Part shown: positions 17,790 to 26,242 of the stretch, piece by piece
Position numbering within the stretch: position 1 is the stretch's first letter
Layout: each line of letters starts with the position of its first letter
From: a virus
Direction: 5' to 3' (one strand)
IMG/VR virus record: IMGVR_UViG_3300045988_168611
Location: 54,219-118,218 of that record
Length of the DNA stretch: 64,000 nucleotides
The notes under the pieces: model-generated
Told to the model about the DNA's origin: nothing
Databases searched by the model: none
The model's input: only the letters and a program-made list of their open reading frames with translations
Made by a program: the position numbers and the translations under genes

Positions 17790-20700
17790 TTACTCTTGTT
17801 CCGGCTTTTGTTCTGGGATCGTATTCATCCAGTTGGACTCATACGCATCGCAGAACATCTGAGCATAAGTGTCCAGATCCAGTTGCTCGATGAGAGCGCG
17901 GCGCTGATCCTCGCTCAGACACATGAGATCCTCGTTGAGAACCATCATGTGCCAGGTAGGCTCGATACCGGTGATCTTGCGGATGGAAATATCCTGATCA
18001 ACCGGAGCCTGCTGGATGCTGTACTGATGCGCAGTCATTGCATCTGGCGCATAGCCGTTAGCGATCATGATCGCATTGGCGGTTGCGTCAGTGCGCACCA
18101 CAGGAGCGTCGCCGCGCTTCTTGCGAGACTGGGCCACTGTGGCGTTGACTTTCCAGGCTCCAGCAGCACGCAAAGAGACTGCGCCCTCGGTGCCTGGCTT
18201 GACAACGAACACTCGGTTGTAGTGCTGGAGCGCTCGCGGGTTGCGAGCAGCCAGCTCAGGAGAATCCTCCTGATCAGCCGGGATGGGATCAGCCGCGTAG
18301 TGGAAGGTGAGCATACCAGGGGATGCTGCGATCACGTTCTGGAAGAGAAGCAACGCTTCGACGCTGTCCTCCTGATGCGCAATAGCCGTCATGATGTCAC
18401 GCGCAGTATCTAGCTCAACTGGCTTGTTGATCAGCTCTGGATTCGTCACCGCGATAGCTCGTAGATACACAGCCATTGCTCGATCGAGAGCAGCGGGGTG
18501 CGCCAACGAGTTCGTGGGTGATGGCTTACGCCAACATGCCAGAGATGAGCCGGACGCGCTGAGAATCTTCGCATCCTGAGGTTTGGCAGTACCGTCTGCA
18601 TACGCAGGTGGCACAGCCAGCTCGATACGGTTGTTCGAGTCCTTGGAGACCAGAAGGAGCTCTTCGGGTTCAATCAAGACATGGATGCGCTCAGATTGCT
18701 CATCGAGCACTCGGTTGTTTGTCTCTAGGTCGATGTCTGCTGAGTACAGACCGTCGGTGTTCGTGGAGATGATGCGAGCACCTTCAAGAGTCTGAGCCTG
18801 TCCGATCATCCAGGAGAACAACTGGCCGATCAGCCTCATGGAGATGATCATGTTGTTCATGCGGATGGGCGAGCCTTCGAACTCAGTGTCACCTGCACCA
18901 GAAGCGCTGTTGAGCAGTAGCTTGACACCGCTTCGTTTGGAGCTGAACATGTCTCGCTCATCAGCAGTGATGGAGGGATCCTTCATCAGCTGACCGAATC
19001 GTTCTTTGTCGAGGTAGAGCTTGCCATAGCGGTCCTCACCCAACGCCTCGTTGTAAAACGCGGAGAGGTTGGTGAGCAGCAAGGGGTAGTACGACGAGAA
19101 GTCCTCGTGGACGGCCTTTGCGACCGATGTCATCGCGTACTTGGGATCAAGCTTGGTCGACCCGTCGCTACGCTTGACGAAGAGTTCCTTGTTGCGTACC
19201 GGTTTGAAGAACGCACCTCGCTCCGGCTTGGGCGACGACTTGCTCATCAAGACCTGTTGCCAAGGAATGACCTGCCCTCCCTGACTATCTGGCAGAGTGA
19301 CACGAATGCTCTTGCGGATGGCCATGGCTTGCTCTGGTTCGGGTAGATCCCGAACCTGGAGAGTGTCAATGACTGCGTCAATGAGATCTCGCAGAGCATT
19401 TGCCTCAGCGTTGTGATCCTTGAAAAGGATCATATTTGCCTCAGCACCATGGATGCCACCGGTTGAGAACGTCGCGAAACACGATGTCGGTGTACCGTCC
19501 GCTCGGAAGTAGGGGACGTTGGTGGCGCGCTTGGGGATTTCATTAAGCCTGTAGGCTCCGATGACCCCATCGCCGTCGACATTGTTACAGTCTGGATCCA
19601 GGCTGTAATCTTCCGCGTATGCCTTGCTTCCGTTGAAGTTCTTGCCTCGGATGCTCGCGTAGTATTCGTAGACTTCATTGAAAGCAGCGCGAGCACGGTT
19701 GTCTTCGATGTTCTCGTAGAAGAAGCTCTTGGCCAGTTCGAGAACGTCGAACTGTTCGATACCCAGTTCCTGGGCACGCTGCTTGGATGGATACATGAAC
19801 GACACCGTTTTGATGTCCTTCAGCCTCTCGTAGGGCGCGAGAACGCGCGCAACGAACTTGGCTGAGGTTGAGTCAGGGGTGAGGCGATCGCGTCTGACGC
19901 GGTTTGGTCGACAATCTGGCTTTGACTTGGAACCGTCGACAGCCTGATAGACAGTCTCAGGGTAATCGACCATGAGCGCATGCTTGAGGTCGAAACCACC
20001 TGAGTACGTTGGGTGATCAGCCAGATATGCCAGGTTGACGACATCGCTCACGTTGTAAGCGATAAGTTCAACCAGGTCATCGATTGTTTCGATGATCGAG
20101 TCATGCTTCAATCGATCAGATTCGAGGATCTGATAACCCAGCATGCCGAGTAGGCGCTTGAGGCCCACACGTTGCTGCTTCTCATTGAAGCGTGCGATGT
20201 CGAGGTGTCGGCCAGAATGCAGCATGGCCCGCCTGACCTTGTTGGCGGTTCCGTCCCAGCCCTTACCGTTAGCAACAGCAGAAGAGGTGAGGTACGACGG
20301 CATCTGGCGGATGTATTCATCCGTGAAGAGCGCGTCGTTGTGTCGACGGATCTCAGCGGCAGTGACAGGTGTGGTGCGCTGGAACGCAAGCTTGCATGTG
20401 TCCATCATCTCTTCGTAGATACGACGTTTTTCATCGTCTGTCGAGGCGAGCATGGCACGCTCATGGGCCTGGCGGACAGGCTCTTGAATGCTTTCCATGA
20501 CGCTTGCGAGATAGATGGCCATGAGGGTCGTATCGTAGTTGGCGGAGTTGTAGCCACACACGAACGGATGAGTCTCAGGATCGTAGTTCGGATCTGTGTC
20601 ACACACAGGTCGATACTCTCGCAGGTACGTGCTCTGGGAACGTGGGTCGTTCACAGAAGCTGCATCGCTGAGCCCAATGATGTGAGCCAGAGTGTGGTTG

Positions 20701-20981
20701 GCTTGCCACGTACTTAGGTTATGCAACCGTAGGATGGGGTTTTCGTCTGGCTTCCACAGGCGAGCCCATGCCGGATTGCGCTTGAGGATAGCCATGAGCA
20801 CCGTGTGGTGGTCCAGGTCGCGGCGACGCAGCGCATCACCAACGGGGGTGCCCACGTCGACGAGATAGAACACATTGAGAGCGCGGGTTTCACGGTCGAA
20901 GAAAGCGACGGTGAAGACGTTTGTCAGTGACTCGATGTCCCAGAAGACGAATCGAGCTTTTTTATAGGTGGTTCGCTTCAT
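17790..20981 (-). CDS. Family B DNA polymerase with 3'-5' exonuclease domain
   Basis: Exo I FWDIES, Exo II NSANYD, Exo III YNVSDV. Pol A DFSSYYPLLL, Pol B KLLLNSASGA, Pol C TNTDGL. Confidence 0.85.
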   Translation of the reverse strand: MKRTTYKKARFVFWDIESLTNVFTVAFFDRETRALNVFYLVDVGTPVGDALRRRDLDHHTVLMAILKRNPAWARLWKPDENPILRLHNLSTWQANHTLAHIIGLSDAASVNDPRSQSTYLREYRPVCDTDPNYDPETHPFVCGYNSANYDTTLMAIYLASVMESIQEPVRQAHERAMLASTDDEKRRIYEEMMDTCKLAFQRTTPVTAAEIRRHNDALFTDEYIRQMPSYLTSSAVANGKGWDGTANKVRRAMLHSGRHLDIARFNEKQQRVGLKRLLGMLGYQILESDRLKHDSIIETIDDLVELIAYNVSDVVNLAYLADHPTYSGGFDLKHALMVDYPETVYQAVDGSKSKPDCRPNRVRRDRLTPDSTSAKFVARVLAPYERLKDIKTVSFMYPSKQRAQELGIEQFDVLELAKSFFYENIEDNRARAAFNEVYEYYASIRGKNFNGSKAYAEDYSLDPDCNNVDGDGVIGAYRLNEIPKRATNVPYFRADGTPTSCFATFSTGGIHGAEANMILFKDHNAEANALRDLIDAVIDTLQVRDLPEPEQAMAIRKSIRVTLPDSQGGQVIPWQQVLMSKSSPKPERGAFFKPVRNKELFVKRSDGSTKLDPKYAMTSVAKAVHEDFSSYYPLLLTNLSAFYNEALGEDRYGKLYLDKERFGQLMKDPSITADERDMFSSKRSGVKLLLNSASGAGDTEFEGSPIRMNNMIISMRLIGQLFSWMIGQAQTLEGARIISTNTDGLYSADIDLETNNRVLDEQSERIHVLIEPEELLLVSKDSNNRIELAVPPAYADGTAKPQDAKILSASGSSLACWRKPSPTNSLAHPAALDRAMAVYLRAIAVTNPELINKPVELDTARDIMTAIAHQEDSVEALLLFQNVIAASPGMLTFHYAADPIPADQEDSPELAARNPRALQHYNRVFVVKPGTEGAVSLRAAGAWKVNATVAQSRKKRGDAPVVRTDATANAIMIANGYAPDAMTAHQYSIQQAPVDQDISIRKITGIEPTWHMMVLNEDLMCLSEDQRRALIEQLDLDTYAQMFCDAYESNWMNTIPEQKPEQE

Positions 20982-21012
20982 GAGCGATGACCCCCTTTCG
21001 TTGATATGTCGT

Positions 21013-21600
21013 TCAGAAGAGCGTCTCTAGCTGAGGTGGCTCATGCGGGATGTAGTTCTCGATGTAGTGCTTGACGGCACTTTCAGCATCATCAGCGTAG
21101 ATGCCACACAGTGTGTCGTAATCGGGGTGATCGGGGGATACAATCCACACATCGCCTCGTGCCCATGCGGCAAAGGTGTCAATGTTGTCACGAGCTGAAC
21201 CGTAACCCTCCTTGACTGCTGCGATGATAGTGAACCAGCTGGATTGACTGGTGTGAATTGTCATCATCTCGATGTCATATGAGGGGTGATTCAGTTTGGC
21301 GTTGTGGATCCATTCTTCCAACCACGCGCTGTTGATGTCGCTTGGATCATCGATGTCATGTTTCTCCATGGCCTGAAGAAGATCGTTGATGACCGGGTTG
21401 TCATTGTAGTCATTGATGTCGTCGGTTCGCGTGTTGCGATCGGCGTTGATGACAACGAGAGCTGCCTCTTCGTGGGTGAGCCACGACCTGGGATCGTCGG
21501 CGTCAGTGTCCTGGTAGACGGTGTAGTTGACGCCGTTGGGATCTGTATACACATCGTCTTGACGAATGTATCCAGCGTGGGTGGTGTGTTCCAGAATCAT
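21013..21600 (-). CDS. Hypothetical acidic protein (195 aa)
   Basis: Start at ATG 21600 follows AGAAAGGA. A TTTATTCA box lies about 45 nt upstream. Confidence 0.6.
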   Translation of the reverse strand: MILEHTTHAGYIRQDDVYTDPNGVNYTVYQDTDADDPRSWLTHEEAALVVINADRNTRTDDINDYNDNPVINDLLQAMEKHDIDDPSDINSAWLEEWIHNAKLNHPSYDIEMMTIHTSQSSWFTIIAAVKEGYGSARDNIDTFAAWARGDVWIVSPDHPDYDTLCGIYADDAESAVKHYIENYIPHEPPQLETLF

Positions 21601-21645
21601 TGGGGATCCTTTCTGAACACCTGGGGAAATTGCGGTGTTCACGGT

Positions 21646-21653
21646 TGAATAAA
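21646..21653 (-). promoter_or_regulatory. TTTATTCA box upstream of the 21600 gene
   Basis: Minus-strand reading is ccaTTTATTCAaccGTGAACACCgcaatttccccaGGTGTTCAgaaaggatcccaATG. The box is followed by an 8-bp inverted repeat. Confidence 0.45.
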
Positions 21654-21718
21654 TGGATCACGACCCCTGACTCGTCCCAGTTTGTATGTGGGGGAGCAGG
21701 GGTCGTGTGTCTGAATGG

Positions 21719-23476
21719 TTAGTTCACAGCGTTAGTGCGGTTTGGATCGTCTTGATCGTCATCTGTTGATCCAGTAGTGGAGGCAACAGTGGCGCGTAGG
21801 AGTCCTCGTGTGGAGATCGGTATGTTGTGAGGGATACCGATCTTGCGCATAGAGCCTCCGGCCGGTTGGATGTCAATCCAATCGTGGAGATCGTACTCGA
21901 CAGCCAGTGGTTCATCACCAACAATGCGGTTCTTGGTGCGTGTGGCCGTTGGTGTGACGATCCAGTTCTTACCCTCATCGGGCGTGTCTTGAAGCACAAG
22001 TGTCAGCTGCTGGACGAACTTGTTGTAGCCCAAAGGCAGGTTCGATGGCTGATCTTTGACCAACCACGCTCGGTAGAGCGCGTAGAGGAATCGCCACGGG
22101 AGCAGATCCCAGACCATGCGATCGAGGAACTCTTCGACAAACGCTCTGATGGGGTCGTTTTCGATCTTGTACCGATGGAGCGCCATTTTGACGGCAGCGG
22201 GCTCAGACAGCTCGTAGAAGTTGCCGCTCAGTACACGGTGGAGGACATATTCCAACACCTCGGTGCGGTGCATGTAATCTTGCTTGATGTACTTGCGCTC
22301 AGCACCTGTGAATGACTTGTTGAACGGGATGATGAGCTGCCGACGGTAGAGCGATCCAGACTTGTCTCGGAACCGAGGCGTGTCGTTCACGCACTGCACC
22401 ATGAAACCCCTGAATTGGTATGCGATAGGGGTCTTGTTCTTGCGGTTGATCAAGATGACATCATTGGTGATGACAGCCTTGAGATTTGCCGCCTTATCGA
22501 CATATTCACCGACATCGTTCTCATCAACAAGGACCGCGTTGGTCCTGATGAGAGGCTCAAGGTGGAAATCCTTGCCGAAATCGGCAACGGAGATAGAAGT
22601 CCACGCACGCTCACCGCACAGGTTACGCATGAGCGTGAGAAGCGTGCCTTTACCGTTGTTGCCAACTTCGGAGAGAAGCCATGCAGTCTTGTCCCAAGCG
22701 ACGTTTGGCCTGATGATGGCCGACATGATCTCCCACAGGAGGTTCACGATCTCGGGATCGTCGTTGAGATCATCCATCCACGATTCGATGTCCCAGTCGG
22801 TACCGTCTGCATCGTTATGAATGACGGGGTTGACTGGGTTGTCCTTGTAGTCGATCGCAGATTTCGCGGTAAAGACGATCTCAGGTGTGAACGGCAACAG
22901 TTGCTTTGATTTATAGTCAAAGATGCCGTTGTTAACTGCCACGAGATCGCGGTTGGTGTTCACCATGACGCGAGGAGCATTATCCCTGAGCATGTCGATC
23001 ACGTGGTCAAGTTCTTTAGGTGAAATTGAGTAGTTGTATTCACGGGCAAGTACTCGGATAGAGACTTCATCAGTGACGTAAATGCCGGTATCTGGACCGT
23101 GGTTCATGTATACGGCGAGCACGTCGTAATTGGGATCTGTGTTCTTATCCGAGAGCATGATATTTACGACCCGGTTGCGATGGAGCATGCAATCGGCGAT
23201 CACTGCCGGTGAGAGTGCGCTCAGTGTCTGAAAGGCTCGTGTGCCCTTGAGCTCATAGTTCGCGTTTTCTGCGATCAACCGGTTGTTGATGCGGTTGAGT
23301 AGCTGGAACTCAACGCCTTTCGCATCAAGGACTTCTTGGTTCTGTGTGGCAAAAAACAGCTCGACCTCATCAGAGATCAGTTGGTTGCGCGGCGGCAACA
23401 TAGCCTGACTAGGCTTTGCCTGCTTCTGAGCAGGGGCAGAGGTAGTAGAGGCGGTGTTTGTCGTCATTGAAGCCAC
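21719..23476 (-). CDS. D5/P4-type primase-helicase (SF3 NTPase)
   Basis: Walker A EVGNNGKGT, Walker B AVLVDEND, and an overall D5_N plus SF3 helicase layout. Confidence 0.8.
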   Translation of the reverse strand: MASMTTNTASTTSAPAQKQAKPSQAMLPPRNQLISDEVELFFATQNQEVLDAKGVEFQLLNRINNRLIAENANYELKGTRAFQTLSALSPAVIADCMLHRNRVVNIMLSDKNTDPNYDVLAVYMNHGPDTGIYVTDEVSIRVLAREYNYSISPKELDHVIDMLRDNAPRVMVNTNRDLVAVNNGIFDYKSKQLLPFTPEIVFTAKSAIDYKDNPVNPVIHNDADGTDWDIESWMDDLNDDPEIVNLLWEIMSAIIRPNVAWDKTAWLLSEVGNNGKGTLLTLMRNLCGERAWTSISVADFGKDFHLEPLIRTNAVLVDENDVGEYVDKAANLKAVITNDVILINRKNKTPIAYQFRGFMVQCVNDTPRFRDKSGSLYRRQLIIPFNKSFTGAERKYIKQDYMHRTEVLEYVLHRVLSGNFYELSEPAAVKMALHRYKIENDPIRAFVEEFLDRMVWDLLPWRFLYALYRAWLVKDQPSNLPLGYNKFVQQLTLVLQDTPDEGKNWIVTPTATRTKNRIVGDEPLAVEYDLHDWIDIQPAGGSMRKIGIPHNIPISTRGLLRATVASTTGSTDDDQDDPNRTNAVN

Positions 23477-23904
23477 ATCCTCGTCATGTTGGATGCGGCG
23501 TTAGTGGAGTGCAGCATGTGGGACCTTCTTTCAATTCTAAGGAGCACGAGCGGTGGGACTGCCGCGCATGTGGGATACAGGGAAGTACTCGTACGCCAGA
23601 GGAATCGTACATCATATGGGGTTACCGCGCAAGCTGCGCACGGTGTTCAACGACCATGTTACCGGTCGTCATCTTCCGTTGTCTCTCGACGCGCGGTAGC
23701 GCGTTATCCAGAGAGACTACAAGAGTGTGAGGTCTCGTGTGCCCTAGATGCGTCTGTGGGGCTCTGAAATGACCTCAATGCATCTGAGTGCCGGTTTTTG
23801 TCTCCCAGGGCCGTAGAGACGCGCCTGGGGGCCTTCTCGGGGATGTGGAGCCTCTTCAGCGGAGCGCATTGCTCATGAGGGTAGGTTGGCGGATGCTGTG
23901 AGAG

Positions 23905-24430
23905 GGGCCTGTAGCAGTTTTTCTTCTGTATGTAGCAGATGTAGAAAAATATCTGCTACAGGGTTTTTCGGCGGTATTACACGAGAAAGTTCTTATTGAG
24001 AATTACTTTTAATAAATATCTGCTACATATATAACCGTTGGTATTTCAAGGAAAAACCTGATTTGTAGCAGATGTAGCAGATATTTTCCTCGCTATGCAC
24101 GCATGTGCGCACACGCACGTGTGATACCTGGAGAAGCTGTTTCTGTCAACCCTGAGAATCGATGTATTCCGTATCGTGAGATTATTACTTGACTATGTTT
24201 CAGGATGCGTGTATCACGCGCACATACGCGCATGCGCACCTGAAGACTTGGGTCGAAAAAGCTGCTACATCTGCTACGAGCGGTACTTTTCGTTGCAATG
24301 ATGCGCGAAAGTGCCGTAGCGGCTATTTTTGGTTCTGTAGCAGCTTTTGCTACACATGTTGTTTAGCTTGATATTCCAAGGAAAACAGGGGTGTCGTATG
24401 TAGCGGTTTTTGTTGCAACATTTGCTACAG
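23905..24430. repeat. Iteron cluster: about 13 copies of TGTAGCAG(AT) in both orientations in AT-rich non-coding DNA (origin-like)
   Basis: Forward copies at 23910, 23931, 24064, 24073, 24336 and 24398 (variant). Reverse CTGCTACA copies at 23953, 24020, 24262, 24271, 24346 and 24423. Also inverted GC-rich repeats at 24097-24127 and 24207-24239, and direct repeats ATTTCAAGGAAAAAC at 24042 and 24371. Confidence 0.6.
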
Positions 24431-24645
24431 CTTGCTTTTCAGCTGTGCGTTGGTGATCGGGACCACAGTTGGCTGGGCTGTCGTTTTTCAATATATGTCG
24501 GAGATCACAATCGGCCCCATTGTCTCTATGCGCATTGGTGTTGCGTGTATGTGCGATGTTTGTGTATACTTGCGTCGACAGGTTGATTCGGGTTCGTGGA
24601 ACGCACCTCTAAGATCTGGGACGATGTGGGACCGCACAACGTGAG

Positions 24646-24686
24646 ACGAACGGGAGCTGGTGGGACGGCTCCCGTTCGTGTTTTTG
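24646..24686 (+). terminator. Plus-strand rho-independent terminator
   Basis: ACGAACGGGAGC (24646-24657) pairs with GCTCCCGTTCGT (24668-24679), followed by GTTTTTGGGG. Confidence 0.65.
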
Positions 24687-24709
24687 GGGAGAAGTCGCAG
24701 CAAGATAAA

Positions 24710-24740
24710 ACAGGGGCCATCCGGTGAGGATGGCCCCTGT
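24710..24740. terminator. Bidirectional terminator (serves the minus-strand gene ending at 24797)
   Basis: ACAGGGGCCATCC (24710-24722) pairs with GGATGGCCCCTGT (24728-24740). An A-run precedes it and a T-rich run follows. Confidence 0.65.
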
Positions 24741-24796
24741 TCTTTTCGCGAAAGGATCGCTTTTCACGATCCCGAGTCTGTGTGTCTACGGTGATG

Positions 24797-25309
24797 TCAT
24801 GCCGCCTGAGTACGTGCACGGTACTTTGCCTGCTGCTTAGCACGGTGCTTGGCGGGGTTCCACCGTAGAGAATGGCGGTCTGCGAGTCGTTCACGCTGAG
24901 CCTTCTGCTCCGCGAGGAACTCAGCTCGGGTGAGTCCTCCGTGGTTCTGGCGCTGACGCCACAGCTCGAACTCCCAGGAAGACGTGTCAGGCAGCGCGTA
25001 GATGAACTCAGCAGCGTACACGCGAGCTCGCTTCAGGAAGACGATGCGCTCGCGGATGAGGACGCCGCGACGATCGCGGATTCGCCTCTTGGTCTCCCGG
25101 TATTGCCAGTTGCTCAGGAGATCCTGCTTTGTTTCGCTGGGCAGGCGGTTGTACACCACGTGTCGCAGGATTGCGCCAGGGGTACCATCGAATCCTGTGA
25201 TACCTTCTCCTGGCTTCGGAGGATCCCATGGAAGCCCGAGATCCTTTGGCAGATTCGGAATGACGATGTTCTGCTTGTTGTCGTAGATGAGACCACGTTG
25301 GATAATCAT
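24797..25309 (-). CDS. Hypothetical protein with basic C-terminus (170 aa)
   Basis: Start at ATG 25309 follows AAAGGAGGA. The track extension overlaps hairpins. Confidence 0.6.
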   Translation of the reverse strand: MIIQRGLIYDNKQNIVIPNLPKDLGLPWDPPKPGEGITGFDGTPGAILRHVVYNRLPSETKQDLLSNWQYRETKRRIRDRRGVLIRERIVFLKRARVYAAEFIYALPDTSSWEFELWRQRQNHGGLTRAEFLAEQKAQRERLADRHSLRWNPAKHRAKQQAKYRARTQAA

Positions 25310-25377
25310 GGTGATCCTCCTTTCTGAAAGCCTTAGTTTTGAAAGATTTGAAGAAACTTGTTTCTTCACTCCAATCC

Positions 25378-25442
25378 CCGGTTCGTACCGTGTACGAACC
25401 GGGAGGTGTGACGGGGGTACTCCACCCACCGTCACACCTCCC
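25378..25442 (-). terminator. Tandem hairpins downstream of the CPBP gene
   Basis: CCGGTTCGTAC/GTACGAACCGG spans 25378-25402 and GGGAGGTGTGACGG/CCGTCACACCTCCC spans 25401-25442. Confidence 0.55.
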
Positions 25443-25453
25443 ATGTATCTCCA

Positions 25454-26242
25454 TCAACGCTCTTCGATCAACTGATTCACTCGGCGCTTTGCTTGGATGC
25501 GTGGAATGCACATCCATAGTCCGAGCGTGATGACAATGAGCGATGCGGCTGCTACAGCATCCAGTCTTCCGACATGGACGCTTGGTAGCAACAATGCTGT
25601 GGCGTTGAACAGCATGTGCATGCTGATGCACGCAAGGAGATTGTGCGTTCTCTCGTACAGATACCCGAGGGCAATACCTAGTGGGATTGTGAGGATGACC
25701 TGTATGAGATTTCCGTGCAGCATAGCGAACAGTAGTGCCGTGATCACGATTGTCGATGTCACCGATAGCTTTCGCCTGAGGACCGGGTAGATGAACCCTC
25801 GCATGAGAGCTTCTTCACCGATTGGTGCGATGATGAGACTCATGATGACAATGGCGATAGCCGGTGTCGTCTCGCTGAGTTTCTGCATGGGTGATGGTTG
25901 ATTCAACGATTGTTTGACCCACAGGGCAAGAACTGTTGAGCCGAGAGTCATCACGATGGTGATAACGGGCACCATGACGCATTCCACGGTTGGGATGCGT
26001 TGCTTCTTGATCATTGGAGCTGCGCTGTTACGTCGTCTCCAGAAGATGACGCACGTTGCTGCAAATGCGTTGGTATAGGTGACGGCGAATACCGGTCTTC
26101 CAACGATTGTGTAGGCGAGCGCCATGATTCCTGCGTATGCGAAGATGGACATAAAAGCCATGACTACGAGACCTGTTCGGCTCTCTCGGCTTTCTCGTGT
26201 ACCATCCCACATCTCGTAGATGGCATTCTTTAGTGTGATCAT
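25454..26242 (-). CDS. CPBP-family intramembrane glutamic endopeptidase (CAAX protease/Abi)
   Basis: Polytopic membrane protein with EEALMRG (EExxxR), FAMLHG (FxxxH) and HMLFN (HxxxN) motifs. Confidence 0.8.
   Translation of the reverse strand: MITLKNAIYEMWDGTRESRESRTGLVVMAFMSIFAYAGIMALAYTIVGRPVFAVTYTNAFAATCVIFWRRRNSAAPMIKKQRIPTVECVMVPVITIVMTLGSTVLALWVKQSLNQPSPMQKLSETTPAIAIVIMSLIIAPIGEEALMRGFIYPVLRRKLSVTSTIVITALLFAMLHGNLIQVILTIPLGIALGYLYERTHNLLACISMHMLFNATALLLPSVHVGRLDAVAAASLIVITLGLWMCIPRIQAKRRVNQLIEER

Noticed and set aside
23905-24430. CRISPR array interpretation of the repeat clusters (also 32408-32775)
   Set aside because: The repeats are only 8-12 nt, occur in both orientations and have irregular, partly zero spacing. 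There are no cas genes. The pattern is iteron or operator-like, not CRISPR.
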